Shown piece by piece: positions 37,078 to 48,689 of a DNA stretch of 64,000 nucleotides (positions within the stretch are counted from its first letter, which is position 1; every line of letters begins with the position of its first letter). The position numbers were made by a program, and so were the translations under genes. The stretch spans positions 1,736,001 through 1,800,000 of the forward strand of contig NC_043003.1 of the NCBI RefSeq assembly GCF_006345805.1. The letters are read 5' to 3'. The notes beneath the pieces are model-generated. The model worked only from the letters and a program-made list of their open reading frames with translations, ran no database searches and was not told the DNA's origin. This stretch comes from Octopus sinensis. Taxonomy: Eukaryota.

Positions 37078-38990
37078 TGGCTAGGAGAAATACCTAGCCA
37101 AAGATAAGCCCCTGTACCTGGCTTTCGTTGACATGGAGAAAGCCTTTGATAGGGTCCCCCGATCCCTCATCTGGTGGTCAATGAGGAAACTAGGGATAGA
37201 TGAATGGCTGGTGAGGGCTGTGCAAGCCATGTACAGAGATGCCGTAAGTAAGGTTAGGGTTGGCAACATGTACACAGAAGAATTCAAAGTAGAGGTTGGG
37301 GTCCACCAGGTTTCAGTACTCAGCCCCCTCCTATTTATCATAGTCCTCCAGGCAATTGTGGAGGAATTCAAGACAGGTTGCCCCTGGGAGCTCCTCTATG
37401 CTGACGACCTCGCTCTAATTGCTGAGTCACTATCAGAACTGGAGGAGAAGTTCCAGATGTGGAAGGAGGGTTTAGAATCGAGGGGCCTTAGAGTCAACCT
37501 AGCTAAAACCAAAGTACTAATAAGTAGGAAGGTAGACAATCCACAAATATCCTCAGGAAGATGGCCCTGCTCGATCTGTAGAAAAGGTGTAGGTAGAAAC
37601 TCTATAAGATGTACCCAGTGTAAGCTATGGACACATAAGAGGTGCAGCAATGTCAAAGGTAGGCTAACTGGGAAGATAGTTTTTGTATGTGGCAGATGCT
37701 CGGGAGCATTGACCTCCGAAAATCTGCAGAAAACAACTTCCGTCACTTTCCAGGGGAAAAAACTAGAAGTAGTTGATAGCTTCCGTTATCTAGGTGACCA
37801 AGTCAGTAGTGGGGGTGGGTGCGCTGAAAGTGTAACTGCTAGAATAAGAATAGCCTGGGCAAAGTTTAGGGAGCTCTTACCTCTGCTGGTGACTAAAGGC
37901 CTCTCGCTCAGAGTAAAAGGCAGACTGTATGATGTATGTGTACGAACAGCCATGCTACATGGCAGTGAAACATGGGCCGTGACTGCTGAGGACATGCGTA
38001 AGCTCGTGAGGAATGAAGCCAGTATGCTCCGATGGATGTGTAATGTCAGTGTACTTACTCGACAGAGCGTTAGTACCTTGAGAGAAATGTTGTACCTAAG
38101 AAGCATCAGTTGTGGTGTGCAAGAGAGACGATTGCGCTGGTATGGTCATGTGGCGAGAATGGATGAAGATAGGTGTGTGAGAAAGTGCCAATCCCTAGCA
38201 GTTGAGGGAACCCATGGAAGAGGTAGACCCAGGAAAACCTGGGACGAGGTGGTGAAGCACGACCTTCGAACGTTAGGTCTCACCATGGAAATGACTAGAG
38301 ACCGAGACCTATGGAAGTATGCTGTGCGTGAGAAGACCCGGCAAGACTAGTGAAGCCATAACCCGTGGCCCCTACCTGGGACGTAGTCAGTCCACCTGTG
38401 CATACCTTCCTTCTTGTGACACTTGTGAAGACCTGTTGAGGCAAGTGAAAATCAAAATCAAAATCAAAATCAAATCAAACCAAATCAAAATAGATGAACA
38501 TCAATGGAATTTGTATCCTTGTGGTACCAGTGCCGGTGGCACATAAGAAAACCATCCGAACGTGACCGTAGCCAGTACCGCATCGACTGGCCTCCGTGCT
38601 GAGGGCACGTAACAAACACCATCTGAGCGTGGCCGTTCGCCAGCCTCGTCTGGCACCTGTGTCAGTGGTACATAAGAAAACACCATCCGAGCGTGGCCGT
38701 CTGCCAGCCTCGTCTGGCACCTGTGTCGGTGGCACATAAAAACACCATCCGAGAGTGGCCGTCTGCCAGCCTCGTCTGGCACCTGTGTCGGTGGCACATA
38801 AAATCACCCACTACACTCTCGGAGTGGTTGGCGTTAGGAAGGGCATCCAGCTGTAGAAACACTGCCAGATCTGACTGGCCTGGTGCAGCCTTCGAGCTTG
38901 CCAGACCCCAGTTGAACCGTCCAACCAATGCTAGCATGGAAAGCAGACGTTAAACGATGATGATGATGATGATGATGATGATGATATATA
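37078..38990 (+). mobile_element. 5'-truncated RTE-clade LINE with an uninterrupted 405-aa C-terminal ORF2 segment and full 3' UTR
   Basis: ORF 37133-38350 with YADD. The 3' UTR has five hairpin units and ends in a GGACGTTAAACGATGATG-type tail. Confidence 0.95.
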
Positions 38991-39124
38991 TATATATATA
39001 TATATATACCCATGCTAGCATGGAGAACGGACGTTAAACGACGATGATGATAGTAATATAATAAATAAATAAATAAAATATATGCATATATACATACATC
39101 TACATGTATATATACATACATACA

Positions 39125-39935
39125 GAACACCTCAATTTATCCAGCAAGTTCAACAGATCATTGATTACAATGCCAGAAAGTCCATGAGTTCAATTGCAAA
39201 AGATCTCCATGTGTCAGAAGGAACAGTCAGAAATGTTGTCCAAGAAGACATCAGATATAAGTCTTATGTGATGAGGAAAGGTCAATTTATGTTAGAAAAA
39301 GCAAAAGAAAATCACCACATCCGATCTAAAAGGCTCTTAAACAAACTGAAAAATCCAGCAGAAGAAGATTTGATTTGGTTTTCCTCAAACGAGAAAAACT
39401 TCGACCAAGATAAAAAAGTTAACAGAAGAAATGACAGATGCTTATGTGCAGACCCTTCTGAAGTTCCAAGTGTTATGCATACAAAATTTCCTGCAACTGT
39501 CATGGTTTTAGGAGTTGTCAGCAATGAAGGACATGTGATGCCCCCTTACTTCTTTCCACAAGGCCTTTGAGTTAACCCTGTCGCCTACATTGAGGTCCTG
39601 GAAATATTTGTTAACCCCTGGATAGACAGTGTATTCAATGGAAGGCCATATATGTTTCAGTTAGACTCTGCACTATCACACATGGCTCTAGTAACACAGG
39701 AATGGATGGCTGAAAATTTTCATGATCACATAACCCCTAACATTTGGCCTACTGATTCCCCAGATCTCAAACCATTCGACTATTAGATGTGGAACGTTGT
39801 TGAGAGAGAGAGAGAGAGGTCAATGAACATGCCCATAACTTCAAAGATTCTTTGAAAACCCTCAAAATAAATGAACCAGGATTTGAGTATGTAGATGATT
39901 TAGATCACATATAGAAGTTGCTGAAGCTGAAGGTG
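39125..39935 (+). mobile_element. Degenerate Tc1/mariner-superfamily transposase, DD37D (maT-like)
   Basis: HTH-like region, WFSSNEKNF (first D lost), FQLDSA and WPTDSPDLKPFDY. 37 residues between the second and third D by manual count; in-frame stops present. Confidence 0.85.
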
Positions 39936-40435
39936 GCTTTATTTTTTTATTTCTTTATTGCCCACAGGGGGTTAGACATAGAGAGGACGAATAAGGACAG
40001 ACAAAGGGATTAAGTCGATTACATCAACCCCAGAGCATAACTGGTACTTATTCAATCGACTCTGAAAGGATAAAAAGCAAAGTCGACCTCAGCAGAATTT
40101 GAACTCAGAACGTGATGGCAGGTGAAAGAAGGTGGCTTTATTGAACAACATTATAGAAAAGAAGGTTTATTTTTGTCCTTGATAAATAAAGTTATTATCT
40201 GTGTGTATGTATATGAGGAAGGGCATCCAGCTGTAGAAACATTGCCAGATAAGACTGGAGCCCGGTGCAGCCTTCTGGCTTCCCAGATCCCCGGTCGAAC
40301 CGTCCAACCCATGCTAGCATGGAGAACGGACGTTAAACGATGATGATGATGATGATATATAACATGAAATAAGTAAGAGGATGTCAGGTATTAATGCAAT
40401 ACCTGACCATTTCAAGCAGCTACATTTAATTGATC

Positions 40436-40965
40436 AATGCAAGCATTACATCAGCGATGTGCAACCAAAAGAATACCCTCCATCAGGCATTTGCCATATC
40501 CTGAACGCCTTACTTCCCTGGGCATGGACACATTGAAACTCCGACGTCTGGCAGCTGACTTGGCAGACACCCATAAAATTATCAACCATCGCACAAACAA
40601 TAACTCTGAGCACCTCTTCAAACTCCACCCATCTAACACCCGTGGACATATTTACAAAGTAAGAAAACAGCACAGCTCCCATGACTTCAGGAAACATTTT
40701 TTCATGCTGAGAGTTGCTGAAGCATGGAACAAACTGCCGGCATCGGTTGTTAGTTGTCGGAGCACTGCATCCTTCAAAACTTCCATGCTTCCTGAGATTC
40801 GCCAACACTACACTTGATTTTCTCCCCTCCATACACACACAAGCATGTATCTGACTCATACACTGTTCACTTTCCAGACATTTCTACATTACTGCATGTA
40901 CTTTATATGCACTTTCTGACAAGTTGTGGTGCACCTGAGCACTGTATACAATAATTTCATTATTA
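40436..40965 (+). mobile_element. CR1-like LINE 3' fragment, second family
   Basis: ATKRIPSIRHLPYPERLTSLGMDTLKLRRLAADL...TRGH..K...FF..RVAEAWNKLP, then a 3' UTR and short (ATT)n. Confidence 0.88.
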
Positions 40966-41806
40966 TTAATTTTAATAAAGTGCCATCTTCAGTTGCAAAA
41001 AATATGGATCTTCAACAGACAAGATCATCATCATCATCGTTTAACATCTGCTTTCCATCGTTTAACATCGTTTAACATCGTTTAACATCGTTAAACATCG
41101 TTTAACATCTGCTAGCATGGGTTGGACGATTTGACTGAGGACTGGCAAACCAGATGGGTGTACCAGGCTTGAACCTGAAACCTGATCTGGCAGAGTTTCT
41201 ACAGCTGGATGCCCTTCCTAACACCAACCACTCTGAGAGTGTAGTGGGTGCGTTTTACGTATCACCAGCATGAGGGCCAGTCAGGTGGTACTGGCAACAG
41301 CCATGTCCAAATGGTGTTTTTTACGTGCTACCTGCACAGAAGCCAGTCCAGTGACACTAGCAAAAGTAAGCAAGTGATTCAAGATTCGACAGTTTCCTGT
41401 GTTGGCACTTAGTAAATGCCAATGCAGGAAATCCTTAGACCTGGAGTCACTCTGTTACTTCTACAAAATATTAATAAAAATGTGTGTGTGTGTGTGTATA
41501 TATATATATAAAGTATGCAGAGATAGCGGCTAGAATAACCATCTAAGGGATAAGAATATCTGTTAATACTATTGGTATAAATTATGTATAAAAAAATAAT
41601 AACTGATTGTAGTCAGTTTGTTTGTTGATCAAAATTTTCTCCATTTTCTGCTTAATTTAAATTTATAATTATACATGTATATGCTATAGTAATTCAACAG
41701 TTTTGCAAAAGCCTTAGAGTGCCTTTAGAAAATTAGAAGAGGTACACCCAGGGAAGCTGAATGAGGCTAAATTGGCTTAGCTGGAAAAGACTTCATATAT
41801 ATAGAG

Positions 41807-41864
<58 letters not shown>

Positions 41865-42092
41865 ATATATGTATACCTACATACACATATTTAGTGTGCT
41901 TTGTTCTCTTTCTATGTCCCAAATTCACTCAAATAGCTTTGGTCAGCCTGGGTTAAAGACTTGTACTACTAAGTGCCATGTATCTGGACAGAACCTGAAA
42001 CCACATGGTTACAAAGCAAGATTCTTAACCACACAGCCATACAAGCACCTATACACAACAAAAACCTGTGCTTGTGCGTATGGATAAATAAA

Positions 42093-42126
<34 letters not shown>

Positions 42127-43574
42127 ATATATATATATACATATATATTTATATATATCAACATTTAACATCTGCTTTCCATGCTACACACACACACACA
42201 TTCATATATAGTGTAAATAAAATATAGAAAAGACACATTTCAGCAAGACATATTCACAAGCCTAGTACAGATCCCTAACTCCAGCCTCAGCTGTCAGCTT
42301 GGACTCTAACGGTTGACCAATTACAGCACTTACGCATATATATATAGATTCAAATACCATCATGTGTGTGTGTCTCTTTGTGTTTGTCCTTGACCACTGC
42401 TTGACACCCAATGCTGGTTTTGTTTATATCCCCAAAACTTAGTGGTTCAGCAAAAGAGACTGATAGAATAAGTACCAAGCTTTAAAAAAAAAAATTTACC
42501 GGGGTCAATCATTTCACTAAAAATGTTTAGAGGCCCCAGAATGGCCAGTCTACTGACTGAAACAAGTAAAAAATAAAAGATAAATATTCATATACATACA
42601 CATATATACAAACACATACCCATATATGTACACACTCACCCCAGTAGAAAACATACACATATATACATACTAGCCTTGAAGCCACCCTTCAAGCAGCATT
42701 CTGTCTAGATCCTGCACAGGGCACCTTTCAGGCCTATGGCCCCACTATCGGGCTGTTTCACGACCCCCTACCCTTCAATAATGTAATGCCCAAACGTATT
42801 TCTGCAAATGTTCTAAGCACTGATGCTGGTCATAGTTTAATCAATAAGCATAGGGGCAAGGTAAATGCAGTAAAAATAGGAGGAGAGCAGCATCAGTGGG
42901 GGCCCCATTTAAGCAGCTCTTCAGAAACTGAACCTCCTTACGATACTCCCAGGTAGTTCATGGTATGAAATTCATTGACATTGCTCTGATTTGATCGCTA
43001 ATGCAATGTATATAGTTTAAAATGTAGTAAAATGGGTGGTGGGGTCTGTTGGGGCCCCAATTCGGGGGCCCTTAAAAAAATAAACTTCCTTAGGACATTC
43101 CCTAAGATTAGGGAGTTGCTGGTTTGAGTTTCATTGTCCTTGCACCAATGGTCTAGGAGGAGTTAACGAACATAAAAACATAACAGACAGAGAAACATCA
43201 CTTAAATTTATAACAGGATATGCAGAGACACACAGACACACAGAAAATGTTTCAAGATGGATTTTCTGGTAGACACAAGTTGGGTAAGTGAGGATAATAT
43301 CATGTCAATTCTGGATTATTTGAAGCAAGTCCCAAAGCAAGTCCAAGCTTGTTTAATGAATATCAAGATTTAGAGAAACCTGTTCAATGAAGTAAGAAAA
43401 AGACATCGCAGAAGAGAAAAGCCAGAAACAGTGAAAGGGAAAAAACTATTTCTGCATGATGCATCTGATGAAGAAGCGGACATGGATATTACAGTAATCC
43501 CTCGCTATGTCACAGTTCATTATTTAAGCCTACATCAATTCCTCTTTTATTTTGCATTTATAATAAAATAAACA

Positions 43575-43981
43575 CAGTGATACCTCGCAGTACAAGTTTA
43601 ATTCATTCCATGACCGAGCTCGTCTTACGATTTATTTGTGTTAGAAATCAATTTTCCCCCCCTTGAAATTAACTAAAATATAATTAATCCTTTCCAGCCC
43701 CCCACAAAACCACTCAAAAATAATTTCTTATGGGTTTTAAAACAGAAAAGGTGTAGCTACAAGTAAAATGACATTTATATAAAAGAGGGAGTACAAAAGA
43801 AATATGGGTTTTATTAACTGAATCCCTTTAAACAAGATGGGGACAATTTGGATGCCCGTACTGCGGATTTCCGCTCGTACATCAAGACAAAAATTCACAC
43901 GAGTCTCTCGGCTCGTACAGCAAATTACTGGTACAATGGGAGACTCGTACAATGGGACACTCGTACTGCGAGATTCTACTG
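43575..43981. mobile_element. pogo/Tigger-like MITE
   Basis: Left end CAGTGATACCTCGCAGTACAAG; the right end reverse-complements to CAGTAGAATCTCGCAGTACGAG and is followed by TA. Confidence 0.65.
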
Positions 43982-45230
43982 TATATAAAAATAATAGAAG
44001 AACAGATACAGTACTGTTTCTACTTTGCGGAAGGTTTTGGAACGTAACACCCAAAACAGTTGAGGGAATTACTGTATTGGATGACAACGGGGCAGAGAGT
44101 GACTAACTTAGAACTACTGTCACTAAGACTGATAGAAAGACATAGCCCCCACTCCCAAAATAAAGCTCTGTAAATATGTTGGTTTGTGACTTCATTTTTA
44201 ATTCTTATAACTGCAGGTGTGGCTGTGTGGTAAGAAGTTTGCTTCCCCACCACATGGTTTTGGGTTCAATTCCACTGCGTGACATCTTGAACAAGTGTCT
44301 TGTACTATAGCATTGAGTTGACGAAAGCCTTGTGAACAGATTTGGATGATGGAAGCTGAAAGAAGCCCACCATAAGTGTGGGTATGTGTTTCTGTCTCCT
44401 TGCTTTGACATCATGTAATAGTTGTGAATGAATGTCCCCATCATGCAGGTGGGTGTCCCTCGTTTCCAATATTCTGTGAAAACATGTCTGTTAGGAAACA
44501 GGTGAGGGTTGCCGACAGGAAGGTATCCAGCCGTAGAAAATATGCCTCAACAAAATTGCCTCCAACCCATGCAAGCATGGAAAAGTGGACATTAAAATGA
44601 TGATTGTGACATTTGTAACTTAATTTAATGTTCCAGTTGGAATCATTTCTCATTCTGGTAAGGTCTGAGGGAAAGATATGGCCCTTGTCTTGTGAGCAAT
44701 TTGGCAACCTTGCTTGTGCTGGCGACATGAAAAAGCATCCAGTGTACTCAGTAAAGTGGTTGGCGTTAGGAAGTGCATCCTGCCATAGAGACCATGCTAG
44801 AACAGACAACGGAACATGGTGTGGACCCTGGCCTTGCCAGCTCCTGTCAAACCATCCAGCCCATGTCATGATGATGATGATACTCACCAACTCATGCCAG
44901 TGTGAGAAACAGACATTAAAAGGTGGTGATGATGATATATACATACATGCACAATACATATATATATATATACACATACCCATATAAATACCACCAACTA
45001 CCGACATGTGTGTGTGTGTAAGAATTAGTCAGAAAAGAAACAGGCTCTCGTATATTTGTGAACAGAATGGGTATATTCATGTTTATAGAATATTACAGAT
45101 CCATTTCATCCCGTATTAATAATCAGTTTTGTAAACAAGATTTAAGAGAAAAAAACCCAATCCCAGATCACTTGAGAAGGGCTGCTAGGAAATGCATGAC
45201 CCTGGATCTATAACACTGTGTTCAATGTAT

Positions 45231-45677
45231 AAATGAAAAGATGTATTGTAAATAAACACCGACAGGGTAAAAAATATACAACGTATGCAGAGTGTATAAC
45301 CAAATGGGAGACGGACAGAGAAGGTCCTTAATTCTTCATCAGTTATCAACCAGATGGTATTACTCAGTTTCGTATCATTAATGGTAAGACTGGGAACTTC
45401 CCATGTTGGCAGTGCCTGGAAAAGTTGCAGAGAATACACGGCTGAAAGCAAACAAAACAATACAGCCGTGTATTCTCCGCAACTTTCACAGGTACCACCA
45501 GCATGGGAAGTTCCCAGCCTTACCATTAATGGTACGAAACTGAGTAGTGTCAATTGGCTGAGAACTGATGAAGAATTAAGGACCTTCTCCCTCCGTCTCT
45601 CGTCCGGTTGCACACTCAGTATATGCTGTATGTCTTTTACCCTATTCTTTCTTTCTTTACAATATATCTTCCCATTT
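45231..45677. repeat. Long imperfect palindrome (about 215-bp arms, 18-bp spacer)
   Basis: Arms pair outwards from 45444/45463 to 45231/45677 with scattered substitutions. Confidence 0.9.
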
Positions 45678-46371
45678 GTTAAACAACGGAAGGCTACGCA
45701 ACCTGACTTTCATTAACAGTAGGTTTTATATAGATTGCTCATCGTTGCCAGTACCAGCTGACTGGCTCCCGTGCTGGTAAAAAGCAGCATTCAAGCATGG
45801 TCATTGCCAGTGCCACCTGACTGGCTCATGTGCTGGTGACACTATTTCCTATTTATGTATACATACATATATATATATATATATGAATGTGGCTGATGTC
45901 AGTATCCCGTAAAAAGCACTATCTGAACATGATTTATGCCAAGCCTGCCAGCAGGTGACACGTAAAAAAGCACCCACTACACTCTCGGAGTGGTTGGCAT
46001 TAGGAAGGACATCCAGCTGTAGAAACATTGTCAGATCAGATTGGAGCTTGGTACAGCCACTGGCTCTCCAGACCTCAGTCAAACTGTCCAACCCATGCCA
46101 ACATGGAAATCGGACGTTAAACAATGACGATGATGATGGTAATTAGAAATTAATGTAAAAAAAACATTGTGGAGGATATATTATAAATAATTAAGATTAT
46201 TTATGAATAAAATTATCATAAAATACATAGAAGTAGGACGTTTATAATTATGAGTCATAAAATGGCTTTATAGCGGTTTTGGCTGCTATTTTTAACATTA
46301 AGGGTTTTGAAACTCTCTTAGTTATAATTGTGACTTGTTCATAATTATAAACCTTCTTCTATATATATATA

Positions 46372-47780
46372 ATTGCTGAGTCACTATCAGAACTGGAGGA
46401 GCAGTTTCAGGTGTGGAAGCAAGGATTAGAATCGAAGGGCCCTAGAATCAACCTAGCCAAAACCAAAGTCCTAATAAGTAGGAAGGTAGACAAGTCACAA
46501 ACGCCTTCAGGTAGATGGCCTTGCTCGATCTGTAGGAAAGGCGTAGGTAGAAACTCTATAAGATGCACCAAGTGTAAGCTATGGACACATAAGAGGTGCA
46601 ACAACATCAAAGGAAGGCTAACTAGGAAGATAGTTTTTGTATGTGGCAGATTCTCAGAAGCAATAAACACTGAAAATGTGCAGAGACCAACTTCCGCCAC
46701 ATTCCAAGGAGAAAAACTAAAAGTAGTTGATAGCTTCCGTTACCTAGGGGACCAAGTCAATAGCGGGGGCAGGTGTGCTGAAAGTGTAATTGCTAGAGTA
46801 AGAATAGCTTGGGCAAAGTTCAGAGAGCTCTTACCTCTGCTGGTGACAAAAGGCCTCTTGCTCAGAGTGAAGGCAGACTGTATGACACATGCGTACGAAC
46901 AGCCATGCTACATGGCAGTGAAACATGGGCTGTGACTGCTGAGGATATGCGTAAACTCGCAAGAAATGAAGCCAGTATGCTCCAATGGATGTGTAATGTC
47001 AGTGTTCATACTCAACAGAGTGTAAGTACCTTGAAAGAAAAGTTGGACCTAAGAGGCATCAGTTGTAGTGTGCAAGAGAGATGATTGTGCTGGTATGGTC
47101 ATGTGGCGAGAATGGATGAAGATAGTTGTGTGAAAAAGTGCCACACCGTAGTGGTTGAGGGAACCTGTGGAAGAGGTAAACCCAAGAAAACCTGGGACAA
47201 GGTGGTGAAGCACGACCTTCGAATGTTGGGCCTTACAGAGACAATGGCAAATGACCGAGACCTCTGGAGATATGCTGTGACGGCGAAGAACCCGACAAAT
47301 AACGTGAACTCATGGCTGTTTCCTGCACCAGCTTCACATAACCAGCTCCAGCCCATCCAAAGTACCTTGGATTGTAGGGTCACCTTCTGTGCTTGAGGAG
47401 ACCTATTGAGTCAAGTACATCAACATCAAAATAAAAATCAAATGGAAATTGTAGTTGTGATACCCGTGCCAGTGGAACGTAAAGAGCACCATCAGAATGT
47501 GGCCGATGCCAGCGCCACCTTGACTGGTTTCCGTGCCAGTGGCATGTAAAAAGCACCAACCAATCATGGCTGTTGCCAGCCTGCCGTAGCCCCTGTGCTG
47601 GTGCTACGTAAAAAGCACCCACTACACTCATGGAGTGGTTGGCATTAGGAAGGGCATCCAACTGTAGAAACACTGTCAGATCAGACTGGAGCCTGGTGCA
47701 GCCTCCTGGCTTCCCAGACGCCGGTCGAACCGTCCAATCCATGCCAGCATGGAAAACAGACATTAAACGATGATGATGAT
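46372..47780 (+). mobile_element. 5'-truncated RTE-clade LINE, degenerate
   Basis: Homologous to the 19.5 and 37 kb copies (ORFs 46411-46935, 46809-47084, 47085-47396) with frameshifts and stops, plus 3' UTR and tail. Confidence 0.92.
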
Positions 47781-48203
47781 ATATATAAAACAGGTTTCCT
47801 TCAGAAGGCTTTTGGTACAGAGAGCAGAAAGAGTTAATAATTGTAGGTCATTTTATAATATGTTAGTGCAAAATGATAAATGTGAGCTAACCACAATAAT
47901 TTAACAATAAAATATAGCAAAGTATAAATGAAATAATCATAACTTAGCAGACAGGGTGGTCATGTGTAAGTTTGGATTGAGATTACAAAGTAAGTAATTT
48001 AACAACATGAGGTAATAAACTTTCTAAACAAGATGACAACAGAACTTGGAGGGGAGATTTGTAATGTAAATAATAATAATAATAATAATAATCATAGTAG
48101 GAAGTGACAATACTGTGTGAAATGGGGGACGAAAATATAGTGTGAAATGATGGTGTTCATTATTTACATTTGACAGATATTTGTCCTCATCGTGTTTGTT
48201 GTT

Positions 48204-48246
48204 AACACATTTCGGCTGAAAACCCCTCCAGCCTTCATCAGGTGTC
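48204..48246 (-). ncRNA. Minimal type I hammerhead-like motif, family 1 (core intact, 2-nt deletion at stem III/cleavage site)
   Basis: Reverse strand reads GACAC CTGATGA A GGCTG gaggggtttt CAGCC GAAA TGTGTT. Confidence 0.6.
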
Positions 48247-48421
48247 TTGGGGAAATTTTATTATTATACAGGTCACTGCCTGGAATCAAACTCGGAATCT
48301 TGGGGTTAGTAGCCTGCGCTCTTAGCCACTACGCCATACACCCAGGGCGTAGTGGTTAAGAATGCGGGCTACAAACCCCAAGATTCTGAGTTCGATTCCA
48401 GGCAGTGACCTGAATAATAAT

Positions 48422-48583
48422 GACCACAAACCTGAAGGCATCGTCGAAAATAGAAATGCAAAGATCCTATGGCATTTTATGATTCAGTGCGACAATGAGA
48501 TAGAGAATAGGAAGCCAGATATAGTCTTAGTTGAGAAAGAAAGCAAACTATGCTGGATGAAAGACATAGCATGCCCAGCTGAC
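48422..48583 (+). mobile_element. Internal fragment of an R4/Dong-like non-LTR retrotransposon (restriction-like endonuclease region)
   Basis: DHKPEGIVENRNAKILWHFMIQCDNEIENRKPDIVLVEKESKLCWMKDIACPAD: KILW-F-IQ-D and PD..D motifs typical of RLE-clade LINEs. Confidence 0.75.
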
Positions 48584-48643
48584 AATAATAAAAATATCGA
48601 AAAATACCTTAGGAATGAGAACCCAGGTTTGAAATTACCCCAA

Positions 48644-48689
48644 GACACCTGATGAAGGATGGAGGGTATATCAGCCAAAATGTTGTGAT
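48644..48689 (+). ncRNA. Minimal type I hammerhead-like motif, family 1 (decayed)
   Basis: GACAC CTGATGA A GGATG..CAGCC AAAA TG TT GTGAT. Confidence 0.55.

Noticed and set aside
38525-38810. Repeat-spacer appearance resembling a CRISPR array (also 23740-24180, 52650-52890)
   Set aside because: The spacers are homologous to each other, there are no cas genes, the context is eukaryotic, and the array is part of the RTE 3' UTR.
45530-45575. GAAAC and CTGATGA inside the 45 kb palindrome as a hammerhead
   Set aside because: I could not form stems I and III in any topology.
48346-48412. tRNA-like sequences (this and other SINE heads) as true tRNA genes
   Set aside because: A/B boxes are present but there is no proper acceptor stem, and they run directly into SINE bodies.
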